From NCBI GenBank assembly GCA_040902895.1, contig JBBDWL010000084.1, positions 19,425 to 83,424 on the forward strand: 64,000 bases of DNA. Direction: 5' to 3'. The position numbers and the translations under genes were made by a program. The notes under the pieces are model-generated. The model saw nothing but the letters and a program-made list of their open reading frames with translations. It had not been told where the DNA came from and did not search any database. Shown piece by piece: positions 9,242-17,706 of this stretch. This stretch comes from Vicinamibacterales bacterium. Lineage in GTDB: Bacteria > Acidobacteriota > Vicinamibacteria > Vicinamibacterales > SCN-69-37. Numbering within the stretch: the first letter of the stretch is position 1; every line of letters begins with the position of its first letter.

Positions 9242-10417
9242 ATGAAGCTGCTCGCGGTTTCGCTCGCCTTTCTGCTTGCCGTAACGGCTCCCGCGGCCGC
9301 TCAGGACCCCGCCGTGTTCGCGCGCGCCTACGATCTCGCTTATAACCTCGATCACAACGAGGCGATGCTGCTGCTGAAAAAGGCGGCCAACGAACATCCG
9401 AACAGCGCCGATGCCAATCGCCACGTGGCGGTGGTGACGTGGCTCAACATCCTCTTCCGGCGCGGCTCCGTGACCGTCGATTCCTACATGGGCGGTCTGA
9501 CGCGATCCGGATTCAAGCTGCCGAAGCCTCCTGCCGATCTCGATGCCGGATTCAAGGCCTACAACCAGAAAGCCATCGCGCTTGCCGAAGCGCGCGTGCG
9601 CGCCAACCGTCACGACGTCGATGCGCTGTACGATCTCGGCACGGCGCTCGGACTCGAAGCGTCGTATGTCGGCACCATCGAAGGCAAAGTGGGCGCGTCA
9701 CTCCGCGCGGCCAAGCGGGCCTTCGACGTTCAGGAAGAGGTGCTCGAGCGCGACCCACGCCGCACCGAAGCCGGACTCATCGTCGGCACCTATCGCTATG
9801 TGGTGTCGGTGATGTCGATGCCCGTCCGCTGGGCGGCGTACATCGTGGGCTTCGGCGGCGGCAAGGAACACGGCTTCAGGCAGATCGAAGCGGCGGCCCA
9901 CTCGCCCGAGACACAGACCGACGCGCGCTTCGCGCTCATCCTTCTTTATAACCGCGAGGGACGCTACGGCGAGGCGCTGCGCCTGCTCGACGAGTTGCGG
10001 CGTCAGTATCCGCGCAACAGACTTCTGTGGCTCGAGAGAGGCGCGACGTCGATTCGCGCGGGGCAAGGCGCCGAGGCCGAAGCGGTGCTGACCGAAGGCC
10101 TGCGCAAGCTGGATACCGACGGCCGCGCCAAGATGCCCGGCGAGCGTCCGCTCTGGCTCTATAAACGCGGAAGCGCCCGTGTGCTGCTGCGGCGCACCGC
10201 CGATGCGCGCCGCGATCTCGAAATGGCGCTTGCGCAGGGCCCGCTCGGATGGGTGCAGGGCCGCATCAACATCGAGCTCGGCAAGACCTACGACCTGGAT
10301 GGCGACCGCGCGCGGGCCGTGGCCCACTATCGGCAGGCGGCCGCCATCTGCCAGACGCAGCAGGATCCGCTGTGCGAGGAAGACGCCACACGCCTGGCCG
10401 GATCGCGCTATCGTTAG
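9242..10417 (+). CDS. Exported TPR-repeat protein
   Basis: ORF 9026..10417 trimmed to the ATG at 9242, which gives the signal peptide MKLLAVSLAFLLAVTAPAAAQ. The sequence has helical-repeat/TPR-like composition throughout (e.g. GRYGEALRLLDELRRQYP, GDRARAVAHYRQAAAIC). Confidence 0.6.
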   Translation: MKLLAVSLAFLLAVTAPAAAQDPAVFARAYDLAYNLDHNEAMLLLKKAANEHPNSADANRHVAVVTWLNILFRRGSVTVDSYMGGLTRSGFKLPKPPADLDAGFKAYNQKAIALAEARVRANRHDVDALYDLGTALGLEASYVGTIEGKVGASLRAAKRAFDVQEEVLERDPRRTEAGLIVGTYRYVVSVMSMPVRWAAYIVGFGGGKEHGFRQIEAAAHSPETQTDARFALILLYNREGRYGEALRLLDELRRQYPRNRLLWLERGATSIRAGQGAEAEAVLTEGLRKLDTDGRAKMPGERPLWLYKRGSARVLLRRTADARRDLEMALAQGPLGWVQGRINIELGKTYDLDGDRARAVAHYRQAAAICQTQQDPLCEEDATRLAGSRYR

Positions 10418-10423
10418 CGCGAC

Positions 10424-10957
10424 ATGCCAATGCCATCGCCCGGGGCCCCAGCACCCGGGACCACGCCGAAGAAATCGCGCAAGACGCTCTGGATCGTTCT
10501 CGGCATTCTCGGGTTCATCCTCGCCTGCATCATCGGGTTCGCCGCGTTCGGACTCTATTTCGTGGGCCGCAACCTCGAAATGGAGCGCGCGACCGTCTCA
10601 GAGGCGGCGCAGTCATTCGACGACGTGCGGGCGCGATTCAAGGAAGCGCCGATCATGTCGATCGACGACCACAGGCGCGTCACGCTGAGCCGCCGGCCGC
10701 CCGATCAGCAGACAGGCGAGAAGCCGCAGGCGATGCACGTGATGGCGTACGACACGGATGATTCGCGCATCGTGCGCGTGACGATTCCATTCTGGATGCT
10801 GCGGCTTGGACGCGAAAAGATACGGCTTGGCAGCGGCCGCGATCTGCAGTTCGAGGACCTGAACATCACTGCCGAAGAGCTCGAGCGCTACGGCCCGTCG
10901 CTGCTGCTCGATCACCGCGATCGCGAAGGCAAGCGCGTCCTCGTCTGGACGCAGTAG
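10424..10957 (+). CDS. Hypothetical single-pass membrane protein
   Basis: 177 aa. Pro-rich N-terminus, one TM helix (LWIVLGILGFILACIIGFAAFGLYFV), then a soluble domain. Codon usage is consistent with neighbouring genes. No family recognised. Confidence 0.5.
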   Translation: MPMPSPGAPAPGTTPKKSRKTLWIVLGILGFILACIIGFAAFGLYFVGRNLEMERATVSEAAQSFDDVRARFKEAPIMSIDDHRRVTLSRRPPDQQTGEKPQAMHVMAYDTDDSRIVRVTIPFWMLRLGREKIRLGSGRDLQFEDLNITAEELERYGPSLLLDHRDREGKRVLVWTQ

Positions 10958-10961
10958 CCCG

Positions 10962-12176
10962 CTAGGACGGCTTCTTCAGCGACTCGAGCTTCCGCAGATC
11001 GACTGCGGCGACAGCGCCTTTGAGCGTGCCGATGTCGATGCCGTCCCCTTTTGCCGTCACGACGAAGCGATCGGCAATCACCATCGAGAACTCATTCGTG
11101 CCGCCGGTTTTCGATACACGCTCATGCACCAGCCGCCCGTCGATACGGGACGTCCGCTGGGTCGACTCTTCATCTTCCTTCGTGCCTTCGGCACCGGCCC
11201 ACGATGCGAGCCCCATCACCCCGCTGATGCCACCGGTGTCGGTCATCTCCAGCGTCAGAGACTTGCCGGCATCGTCGCTGTATTCGGCCTTGACGGTTGC
11301 GACCTGCAGACCGGCAATGCCACCGCGTTCAGCGTTGCGGCTCTTGCGGGGCAGGCCTGCCAGCGTATCGGGCGCGAACGCAGCCAGGTCGTCGGCGCTG
11401 ACAGGTTCCACGCGTGAACCGCCGCCGAGCAGTGTCGCCAGCCCGCCGAGTGCCGCCGTCGCTTCGGCGCCCGCGTCGCCGCTCTTTCCCGCTTCTTCCA
11501 TTTTCTGATTGCTCTTCTCGAGCTCGCGGCTGAGTGCTTCGAGTTTCCCCATCGGGCTGTTGGGATCGAACTGCACCTCGCCCGCGCGCGCACTGCCCAT
11601 GGCAGCCGGCGCGATGATGAGTCCCCCAACGACTGCGACGACGATCCAGAGGGCGATCGCGCTGACGATCACGACCGCGGTATACGGGATCGCTTTGTCA
11701 GGCGGGGACTTCATCAGCCGCGGCAGCCCGCGATAGAGCAGGTACAGGCTGTAGAGCGCCAGGAGCAGGCCGAGAATACCGAGGGCCGGGATGATCTGAA
11801 ACACGCCCGCCAGCCAGGCAGGCGTGTACGAGTAGACCGCGACCTTGAACGCCTGCAGATTGTTTTTCTCGCCGCCGAACTTCGGCGCGAGCGCGTTGAT
11901 GATGAACGCGAGGATGAAGACGCCGGCGACCGCCATCGCGAAGACGAAGATGGCATTGACGAGGCCAGACACGATCGGCACACGATAGGTGCCGACAAAC
12001 GGCATGCTGATGCCGACCAGCGACCCGCCGATGAAGCCGGCAATAGCGCCGATGGCCGCCAGCGGCAGGACGTAGCTCGTCACCAGCTGCTTCTGCGGCG
12101 TGGTCTCGGCCTCGATGACCGGCCACTCTGAGTCGGGCGAAACCAGAATGTTGCGGACGCGGGTTTTGATATCCAT
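10962..12176 (-). CDS. Yip1/DUF1282-like multi-pass membrane protein with C-terminal soluble domain
   Basis: 404 aa. N-terminus MDIKTRVRNILVSPDSEWPVIE is followed by about 5 TM helices, which is typical Yip1-domain organisation. The remainder is a Gly/Ala-rich linker and a soluble C-terminal domain. Confidence 0.55.
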   Translation of the reverse strand: MDIKTRVRNILVSPDSEWPVIEAETTPQKQLVTSYVLPLAAIGAIAGFIGGSLVGISMPFVGTYRVPIVSGLVNAIFVFAMAVAGVFILAFIINALAPKFGGEKNNLQAFKVAVYSYTPAWLAGVFQIIPALGILGLLLALYSLYLLYRGLPRLMKSPPDKAIPYTAVVIVSAIALWIVVAVVGGLIIAPAAMGSARAGEVQFDPNSPMGKLEALSRELEKSNQKMEEAGKSGDAGAEATAALGGLATLLGGGSRVEPVSADDLAAFAPDTLAGLPRKSRNAERGGIAGLQVATVKAEYSDDAGKSLTLEMTDTGGISGVMGLASWAGAEGTKEDEESTQRTSRIDGRLVHERVSKTGGTNEFSMVIADRFVVTAKGDGIDIGTLKGAVAAVDLRKLESLKKPS

Positions 12177-12233
12177 ACGGCGCGTATTTAGCCCTAACCG
12201 TGGCGCAGAAGCAAGTCGGTTACGGCCGCCGCC

Positions 12234-13313
12234 TCAGGCACCGATTTCAAGGGTCGACTTGATGCCAGTGCCGCGCTGGGTGAACCACGTCTTGTAATCG
12301 GTCCACGGAATCCTGTTGGTCAGCAGCCTGTTCATCGCGCCCGGCCAGTTCTCTTCGATCGTCACAAAGTCTTCAACCCCTCTGGCGAAGTGGCGCGGGT
12401 TGGCATTGACACTGCCGAAGACGACCTGATTGCCGAGCACGAGCAGCTGGTTGATCCGCTCGATGGGTTCTTCACTCATCGTCCCGCCGCCGGTGACGCT
12501 GAGCAGGCAGAGCACGCCATTCGGCGCGAGAATCTCCATCGCGTCGAAGACCACACGCGCGCTGCCGGTGGCTTCGAGCACGAGATCGGGCGGACCGATC
12601 TGCGCGGGAATGTCGAGAATCGTCGACTTTTCCACAGACAGATATTCGGCGCCGAGCTGCCCGGCGATTTGCGCGCGCATGTCGGACGCCGGCTCGCGGC
12701 CGACAACGACCGTGCGCAGCCCGCGGGCGCGTAACGCAGCGGCGGCAAGCAGCCCGACGGGCCCTCCGCCGAGCACCACAGCCGTCTTCGGCTTCCACGT
12801 CGTCAGGCGCCGCTGCAGCAGGTAGGCGTGATCGATTCCCTTTTCGACCACCGACATGGGCTCGAGCAGCACGGCGAACGGCTCGACGACTGGCGGGAGC
12901 TTGTTGAGGAACTGCGGCAGCTCCACGTAGTACTCGGCCATGAACCCGTGGCGCCGCATGATGCCGCGCTCCTCGTACTTGCCGCTGATGCAGCAGTCGT
13001 TCTCGCCCGCATCGCAGTTCGGGCACTCGCCGCACGGCCGGCGCACCGTGGCGACGACGAGGTCGCCCGGCTTGAAGCCGGTGACATTCCTGCCGACATC
13101 GGCCACGGTGCCGAGATTCTCATGGCCGAGGATGAGGAACTCTTCCCCCACCGGCGGTTGGCCATACAGGCCGTGATTGATCTCCGCGTCTGTGCCGCAC
13201 AAACCCACGCGCAGCATCCTCACGGCGACGTGATCGTCCGACATCTGCGGATCGGGCATGTCCCGCATGTGGATGCTGTCTTTTTCACCTGGACGAACGA
13301 CGATGGCTTTCAT
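12234..13313 (-). CDS. Zinc-dependent glucose/aldose 1-dehydrogenase (archaeal-type MDR family)
   Basis: 359 aa. MKAIVVRPGEKD..., GLCGTDAEINHG, LGHENLG, the structural-Zn Cys cluster RRPCGECPNCDAGENDCC, nucleotide fold VVLGGGPVGLLAA, and SVNANPRHF. This order of motifs mirrors Sulfolobus/Thermoplasma-type glucose dehydrogenases. The gene starts 10 nt after the stop of the decahaem cytochrome gene. Confidence 0.7.
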   Translation of the reverse strand: MKAIVVRPGEKDSIHMRDMPDPQMSDDHVAVRMLRVGLCGTDAEINHGLYGQPPVGEEFLILGHENLGTVADVGRNVTGFKPGDLVVATVRRPCGECPNCDAGENDCCISGKYEERGIMRRHGFMAEYYVELPQFLNKLPPVVEPFAVLLEPMSVVEKGIDHAYLLQRRLTTWKPKTAVVLGGGPVGLLAAAALRARGLRTVVVGREPASDMRAQIAGQLGAEYLSVEKSTILDIPAQIGPPDLVLEATGSARVVFDAMEILAPNGVLCLLSVTGGGTMSEEPIERINQLLVLGNQVVFGSVNANPRHFARGVEDFVTIEENWPGAMNRLLTNRIPWTDYKTWFTQRGTGIKSTLEIGA

Positions 13314-13323
13314 GGCGCTCCGG

Positions 13324-14586
13324 TTATTGGAAATCGGTCAGCTTGAAGTGGGGTTTCACCGGACTGGCTTTCGTCCAGTCATGGTAGTCGTGGCAGGTGG
13401 CGCACTGAGATGATGCGCCCTTGGCCGGTGCATGGCATGTTGCGCACGTCGCGACTGCCGGCATCAGCACGTCTGACGTGTTGCGGCTCGAGGGCGCGGC
13501 CGTGTGGCACGAGGCGCACTGCACCATCAGATGCGGCGCGTGATCGAATCGCGCCTTGGGCATCCATCGGGCAGTCAGGTTAACCGGCGCGATCTGCGGC
13601 GCGCGATCCGGCGCCGCGGCACTGCTTACCGCATGACAGTCGGCGCAGCCCTTGGTCCAGAGGTAATGCTCGGCGCGGGCAGCGCGCTGCGACACCCACT
13701 CCGCGGCCGTGCGCGGCTGCGGCGCGGGATCGGCTGGAAAGTTCAGCGGCAGACGGCGCGCCGGCACGTCCCGCTCGGTGACCGCTGCCGGATTCGCCGC
13801 GATATACGCCTGCAGCGACTCCGTGACGAACGCACGGACGGCCGCCGGCTGCGCATGCGGCGCGGCTGTGTCCAGGCGCGGGTCGAACTCGAGCGTGTGG
13901 CAGCGCGCGCACTGCGCTTCGTAGGTGATCGAGGCCATCAGGCCAGTCACGCTGCGGCCGCGTGACGAGGCACGCGCGATCTCGGGCTTGTGGCACGTCG
14001 CACACTCCAGCGTTTCAGGGCCGTTGGGCCCTCGAAGGTTGTCGCTCGCATGCACCGCGTGATTGAACTTCAGGGCGCCGGGATCCGCCGCGCCGCTGCG
14101 CATCACGGCGAACTCCGGATGGTCCTGCGGGAAGCGGCCTGCCTTCACGAGCCGCGACCCGGCATGACATTCCACGCATTGCGTGTCGTTGGTCAGGGCA
14201 AGCGGGCCGCGACCCTCGTGTTCGCGGTGACAGTCGGCGCACGCCGGGAAATTCAACCCGGTTGAATTTCCCGTTGAATTGGCCGGCGGATGGCCTGGCG
14301 CATCGTGACACGTGAGGCAGGCGTTCTCGGTCACGTGCGCGCGGAACGACGTGTCGCGAAGATGGCACACCTCGCACTTCATTTCGACGAAGGCGTGCGC
14401 CGCCGACACGGGCCCGCTGCTGTACGGCGCGCGGCTTCCGGCGGCCGCCATGCCGCCGAGCCACAGCAGTCCGGCCAGCGGCGCGAGAATCGACAGACCC
14501 GTCCGCCACCGCCGCATGCCGCCCGCATGCTTGAAGTAATTGAGATCGATGCGCTGCGCCAGCTTCTTGGCGCTTCTCGTCCTCAT
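13324..14586 (-). CDS. Membrane-anchored decahaem c-type cytochrome
   Basis: ORF 13324..14673 trimmed to the ATG at 14586 (MRTRSAKKLAQ...), which sits 1 nt after the upstream stop. There is one N-terminal TM/signal anchor (LSILAPLAGLLWLGGMAAA). There are ten CXXCH motifs: CEVCH, CLTCH, CADCH, CVECH, CATCH, CARCH, CADCH, CASCH, CATCH, CATCH. Confidence 0.85.
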   Translation of the reverse strand: MRTRSAKKLAQRIDLNYFKHAGGMRRWRTGLSILAPLAGLLWLGGMAAAGSRAPYSSGPVSAAHAFVEMKCEVCHLRDTSFRAHVTENACLTCHDAPGHPPANSTGNSTGLNFPACADCHREHEGRGPLALTNDTQCVECHAGSRLVKAGRFPQDHPEFAVMRSGAADPGALKFNHAVHASDNLRGPNGPETLECATCHKPEIARASSRGRSVTGLMASITYEAQCARCHTLEFDPRLDTAAPHAQPAAVRAFVTESLQAYIAANPAAVTERDVPARRLPLNFPADPAPQPRTAAEWVSQRAARAEHYLWTKGCADCHAVSSAAAPDRAPQIAPVNLTARWMPKARFDHAPHLMVQCASCHTAAPSSRNTSDVLMPAVATCATCHAPAKGASSQCATCHDYHDWTKASPVKPHFKLTDFQ

Positions 14587-14587
14587 G

Positions 14588-15511
14588 TCAGTACCGCAAC
14601 GCCACCACGATGTGCACGCCGGCCAGCACCAGCAACGCGATCGAGACCGGCACGTGCACGAGCTGCCATGCATGCAGCAGCCGGTGCAGGCGCGCCTGCT
14701 CCATCAGCTGGCGCTCTTCCTCGCAGATGTTCTCCAGATCCGCGATCGACGGATGAAAGGTCGGCGGCACCAGTGCGCGCACCTTCTCGAACCGTAATGC
14801 CGACTGCGGACGATCGGCGAGCGGGTGCCGCGGCGTCGGCGCGTCGACGAACGGACGCATGTCTCGCGCATAGAACTCGCGTACCGGCGCTGATTCCTCA
14901 GCGTCAATCCGCGCGGTGCTGGCAAGCGCGGAGGCCGCCTCGTTCGCCATCACGCCCAGCCTCGCCTGTGCCGACGCGGCAGGAGCGCCCGGCGCCACGG
15001 TTTCGACCTCCAGCCGGCCGCACGCGTCCGCGACGATGGTGTCGGCCTCGGCGAGCAGCTGCGCTCGCACGTGGTCAATCTGATCGAAGATCGTTTCCAT
15101 CGGCACTTCGCGCAGCATGCGGCGCGGCAGGGTGTGCTGCAGGTACGCGCCCAGCAGTCCGCTGACGATGACGAACACGAAAAGCCACATCAGTACGAAC
15201 GTCAGCCCGGTGCCGAATGACAGCCCTGCGTGCAGCACGATCACGGGAAAGCTCAACATGCCGAGCCACAGGTGCCCCCGCATCCACGTTTGCGCGCGAC
15301 CGATGCGCCAGATCGGAAACTTCTTCCGCGCGCCGAGCAGTCCGGCATAGAGCATCATGCCGAACCCGGCGATGCCGAACGCCAGTCCCGGCACGGTGCC
15401 GCCGCCGGGTGATGCCACCGACGCCGTATAGATCGCATAGAGCACCACTGACGCGGCGAACAGCCCCGCGGTCGCGACGGCCCAGCGGCGATGCGTGTGG
15501 TCGATCAACAC
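14588..15511 (-). CDS. Five-TM membrane protein, predicted dihaem b-type cytochrome
   Basis: 307 aa with a GTG start at 15511, 5 nt after the upstream TAA. TM3 (HLWLGMLSFPVIVLH) and TM5 (HVPVSIALLVLAGVH) each carry two His exactly 14 residues apart (H-x13-H), as in bis-His dihaem cytochromes b. A loop of about 150 aa between TM4 and TM5 is predicted to be cytoplasmic by the positive-inside rule. No family name recognised. Confidence 0.55.
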   Translation of the reverse strand: MLIDHTHRRWAVATAGLFAASVVLYAIYTASVASPGGGTVPGLAFGIAGFGMMLYAGLLGARKKFPIWRIGRAQTWMRGHLWLGMLSFPVIVLHAGLSFGTGLTFVLMWLFVFVIVSGLLGAYLQHTLPRRMLREVPMETIFDQIDHVRAQLLAEADTIVADACGRLEVETVAPGAPAASAQARLGVMANEAASALASTARIDAEESAPVREFYARDMRPFVDAPTPRHPLADRPQSALRFEKVRALVPPTFHPSIADLENICEEERQLMEQARLHRLLHAWQLVHVPVSIALLVLAGVHIVVALRY

Positions 15512-15516
15512 GGACG

Positions 15517-17706
15517 TTACTTGCTCGTTTCTTCGGTTCCGGCCGCCGGCTCACGCCGGTCCATCGTGACGCCCTGCACCGATGCGAAGAACTGCAGCGG
15601 CTCCACGCGGTGCGCGGCGTCGTGCGGGCACGCATAGACGCAGCTCGGCTCCGCGTGCTCCATGCAGAGATCGCAGCCCGTCGCCTTGCGCGCGGTCGTG
15701 GCGATCTGCCGCCCGGGCTGCGCCGTATCGGGCGCGAGCACCTGGAACGGGTGCATGTTGAGATTGCCGTACGGACAGTTGTTGGCGCACAGGCCGCAGC
15801 CGATGCACCAGTCCTCGATGATGATCTCGAGAGAATTGCGGCGCCGGATGGATCCGACCGGGCATCCCACCATGCAGAGCGGATCGCGGCACTGGCGGCA
15901 CGATGTCGCGACCAGGTACTTGTCGAAGCGCAGCCCTTCGCGCACGAGCCGCGTGACACCATCGTGCGCGTCGGCGCAGGCCTTGACGCATTGATCGCAT
16001 CGCGTGCACTTCTCCAGGTCCAGCAGCAGCAGGCTCTGGGCCTCCATCAGCCCCTGCGAGAGAAAATCGTTGAGCGGCGTGGCTTCGAGCGAGCGGGCGC
16101 GCTGCACGTTCATCGCGGCACGTTCGGCCGCCACCTGCTCGAGGCTCGCGCGGATGTCGGGGAATCGCTCGAGCATCAGCGCAAAGTCCTCCCCCTGGAT
16201 GCGCACGACGTCCACATGATCGAGCGCGGTGCAGGTCGCGGTGCGCACGCCGCCGCCGAGGAGGCCCATTTCGCCGAAATACCCGCCACGCCCCGTGTAC
16301 GTCAGCACGAGCTCCCCGCCGGCGTGGCTCTCCGACACCTTCACGAACCCGAGCCGCACGAGATAGAACGCGTCCGCGGGATCGCCCTGCCGCACGATCA
16401 CATCGCCCGGTGAATACCGCAGCAGCTCCACGCGATCACGCAGGTAGGCGATGAAGTCGGCGGGCATTCCCGAGAAGACGGGCACGCTCTTCAAGTGGGT
16501 GTCGAGCGCGCGCTGGCGATACTGGCGATCGAGCTGCGCGCGGAAGGTCTTGTTCTTCTGGAGGATGTCGAGCACGTTTCGCAACATCTCGAGCGCGACC
16601 ACTTTCGTCTTCGCGCGCACGGTGGCCGACCGCGGATGAAAACTCATGCAGGTCATCTCGCCGAACAGCTCGCCGGCGCCAATCTGCGCGATCGGGTTGT
16701 CGTACGGCAGATCCACCGGCGCATCGATCGGAATCCAGCGCTTCCCCGTTTCCTCCGCGCGCGTGTGCTCCTGGCGGTCCGCGAGCCGGCTTCGGATCCG
16801 CGACAGCCAGCCTTCGTGCGTGTCCTCCTGCTTCACGTGCGCCATCGGCGTGCCGATATACACGTCGACGGTCCCCTCGAGAATGTAGAACGCCGTCGAA
16901 CCGAACTCCCCTTCCCGGCAGATCACATCACCGGGATTGAACTCGCGGCGCACGATGGCGTTGCGATTCAGCTCGAGGAAGGTGCCTGACACGCCCTTGA
17001 ACACTGGCAGCTGCAGCATCCACTCGGCCTCGAGCGCCTCGCCACCGCCCAGCTCGGTGGCAATGACGCGTTTGTTCGTCAGCGCCCCCGTCGGGCAGGA
17101 GACCATGCACTCGCCGCAGGAGACGCAGGTCGAGCTGCCCATCGGCACATTCAGATCGAACGCGATGCCCGCCGCGTAACCGCGGCCGGTCCGCCCGATG
17201 ACGTGGTTCTGCTTCACGTCGTCGCAGCCACGGACGCAGCGATCGCACAGGATGCACGATTCGTGATCGACCGCGATGCTCAGGGACGAATCGTCGCGGC
17301 CGCGCGGCGACAGCCGCCGCGCAAACCGTGGTTCGCCGCCAGGCGCCACCGCGCCCATCTGCGCCGACATCGTCTCGAGCTCGCAGTCGCCGCTCGCCTG
17401 CTGGCGTCCGCATGGCGACGGATGATCCGACATCAGCAATTCGACGAGCGTCCGGCGGGCCTGCTTCACCGGCTCGACATCGGTCTTGACGACCATCCCC
17501 TGGTCGCACTCACGGATGCACGCTGCCGCATACACGCGGGCGCCCACATCCACGACGCAGACGCGGCACACGCCGATCGGTGTTTGATTCTGCTGATGGC
17601 AGAGTGTGGGGATGGGCACGCCGCGCATTCGAGCGGCATCGAAAATCGTGGTGCCTTTCGGGACCGTGACTTCGTTGCCGTCGATGGTGAGGGTGACGGT
17701 GCTCAT
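15517..17706 (-). CDS. Fe-S oxidoreductase fusion: NuoG-type N-terminus (2Fe-2S + 4Fe-4S) / two cNMP-binding domains / C-terminal multi-[4Fe-4S] ferredoxin module
   Basis: ORF 15517..17982 trimmed to the ATG at 17706 (MSTVTLTIDGNEVTVPKGTTIFDAA...), which overlaps the upstream stop (ATGA), giving 729 aa. Motifs: TLCHQQ..CRVC..C (2Fe-2S); HPSPCGRQQASGDC; CILCDRCVRGC; CVSCGECMVSCP; two phosphate-binding cassettes FGEMTCMSFHPRSATVRA and FGEMGLLGGGVRTATCTA; then CTRCDQCVKAC, CRQCRDPLCMVGCP, CIGCGLCANNCP and CDLCMEHAEPSCVYACP. Confidence 0.8.
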   Translation of the reverse strand: MSTVTLTIDGNEVTVPKGTTIFDAARMRGVPIPTLCHQQNQTPIGVCRVCVVDVGARVYAAACIRECDQGMVVKTDVEPVKQARRTLVELLMSDHPSPCGRQQASGDCELETMSAQMGAVAPGGEPRFARRLSPRGRDDSSLSIAVDHESCILCDRCVRGCDDVKQNHVIGRTGRGYAAGIAFDLNVPMGSSTCVSCGECMVSCPTGALTNKRVIATELGGGEALEAEWMLQLPVFKGVSGTFLELNRNAIVRREFNPGDVICREGEFGSTAFYILEGTVDVYIGTPMAHVKQEDTHEGWLSRIRSRLADRQEHTRAEETGKRWIPIDAPVDLPYDNPIAQIGAGELFGEMTCMSFHPRSATVRAKTKVVALEMLRNVLDILQKNKTFRAQLDRQYRQRALDTHLKSVPVFSGMPADFIAYLRDRVELLRYSPGDVIVRQGDPADAFYLVRLGFVKVSESHAGGELVLTYTGRGGYFGEMGLLGGGVRTATCTALDHVDVVRIQGEDFALMLERFPDIRASLEQVAAERAAMNVQRARSLEATPLNDFLSQGLMEAQSLLLLDLEKCTRCDQCVKACADAHDGVTRLVREGLRFDKYLVATSCRQCRDPLCMVGCPVGSIRRRNSLEIIIEDWCIGCGLCANNCPYGNLNMHPFQVLAPDTAQPGRQIATTARKATGCDLCMEHAEPSCVYACPHDAAHRVEPLQFFASVQGVTMDRREPAAGTEETSK

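Noticed and set aside
14258-14280. 12-bp tandem duplication (CCGGTTGAATT / CCCGTTGAATT) giving NSTGNSTG in the decahaem cytochrome, with a small AT-rich palindrome
   Set aside because: This is an in-frame slippage-type duplication in a loop between haem motifs. The N-x-S/T sequons are intriguing, but there is no support for glycosylation from sequence alone.
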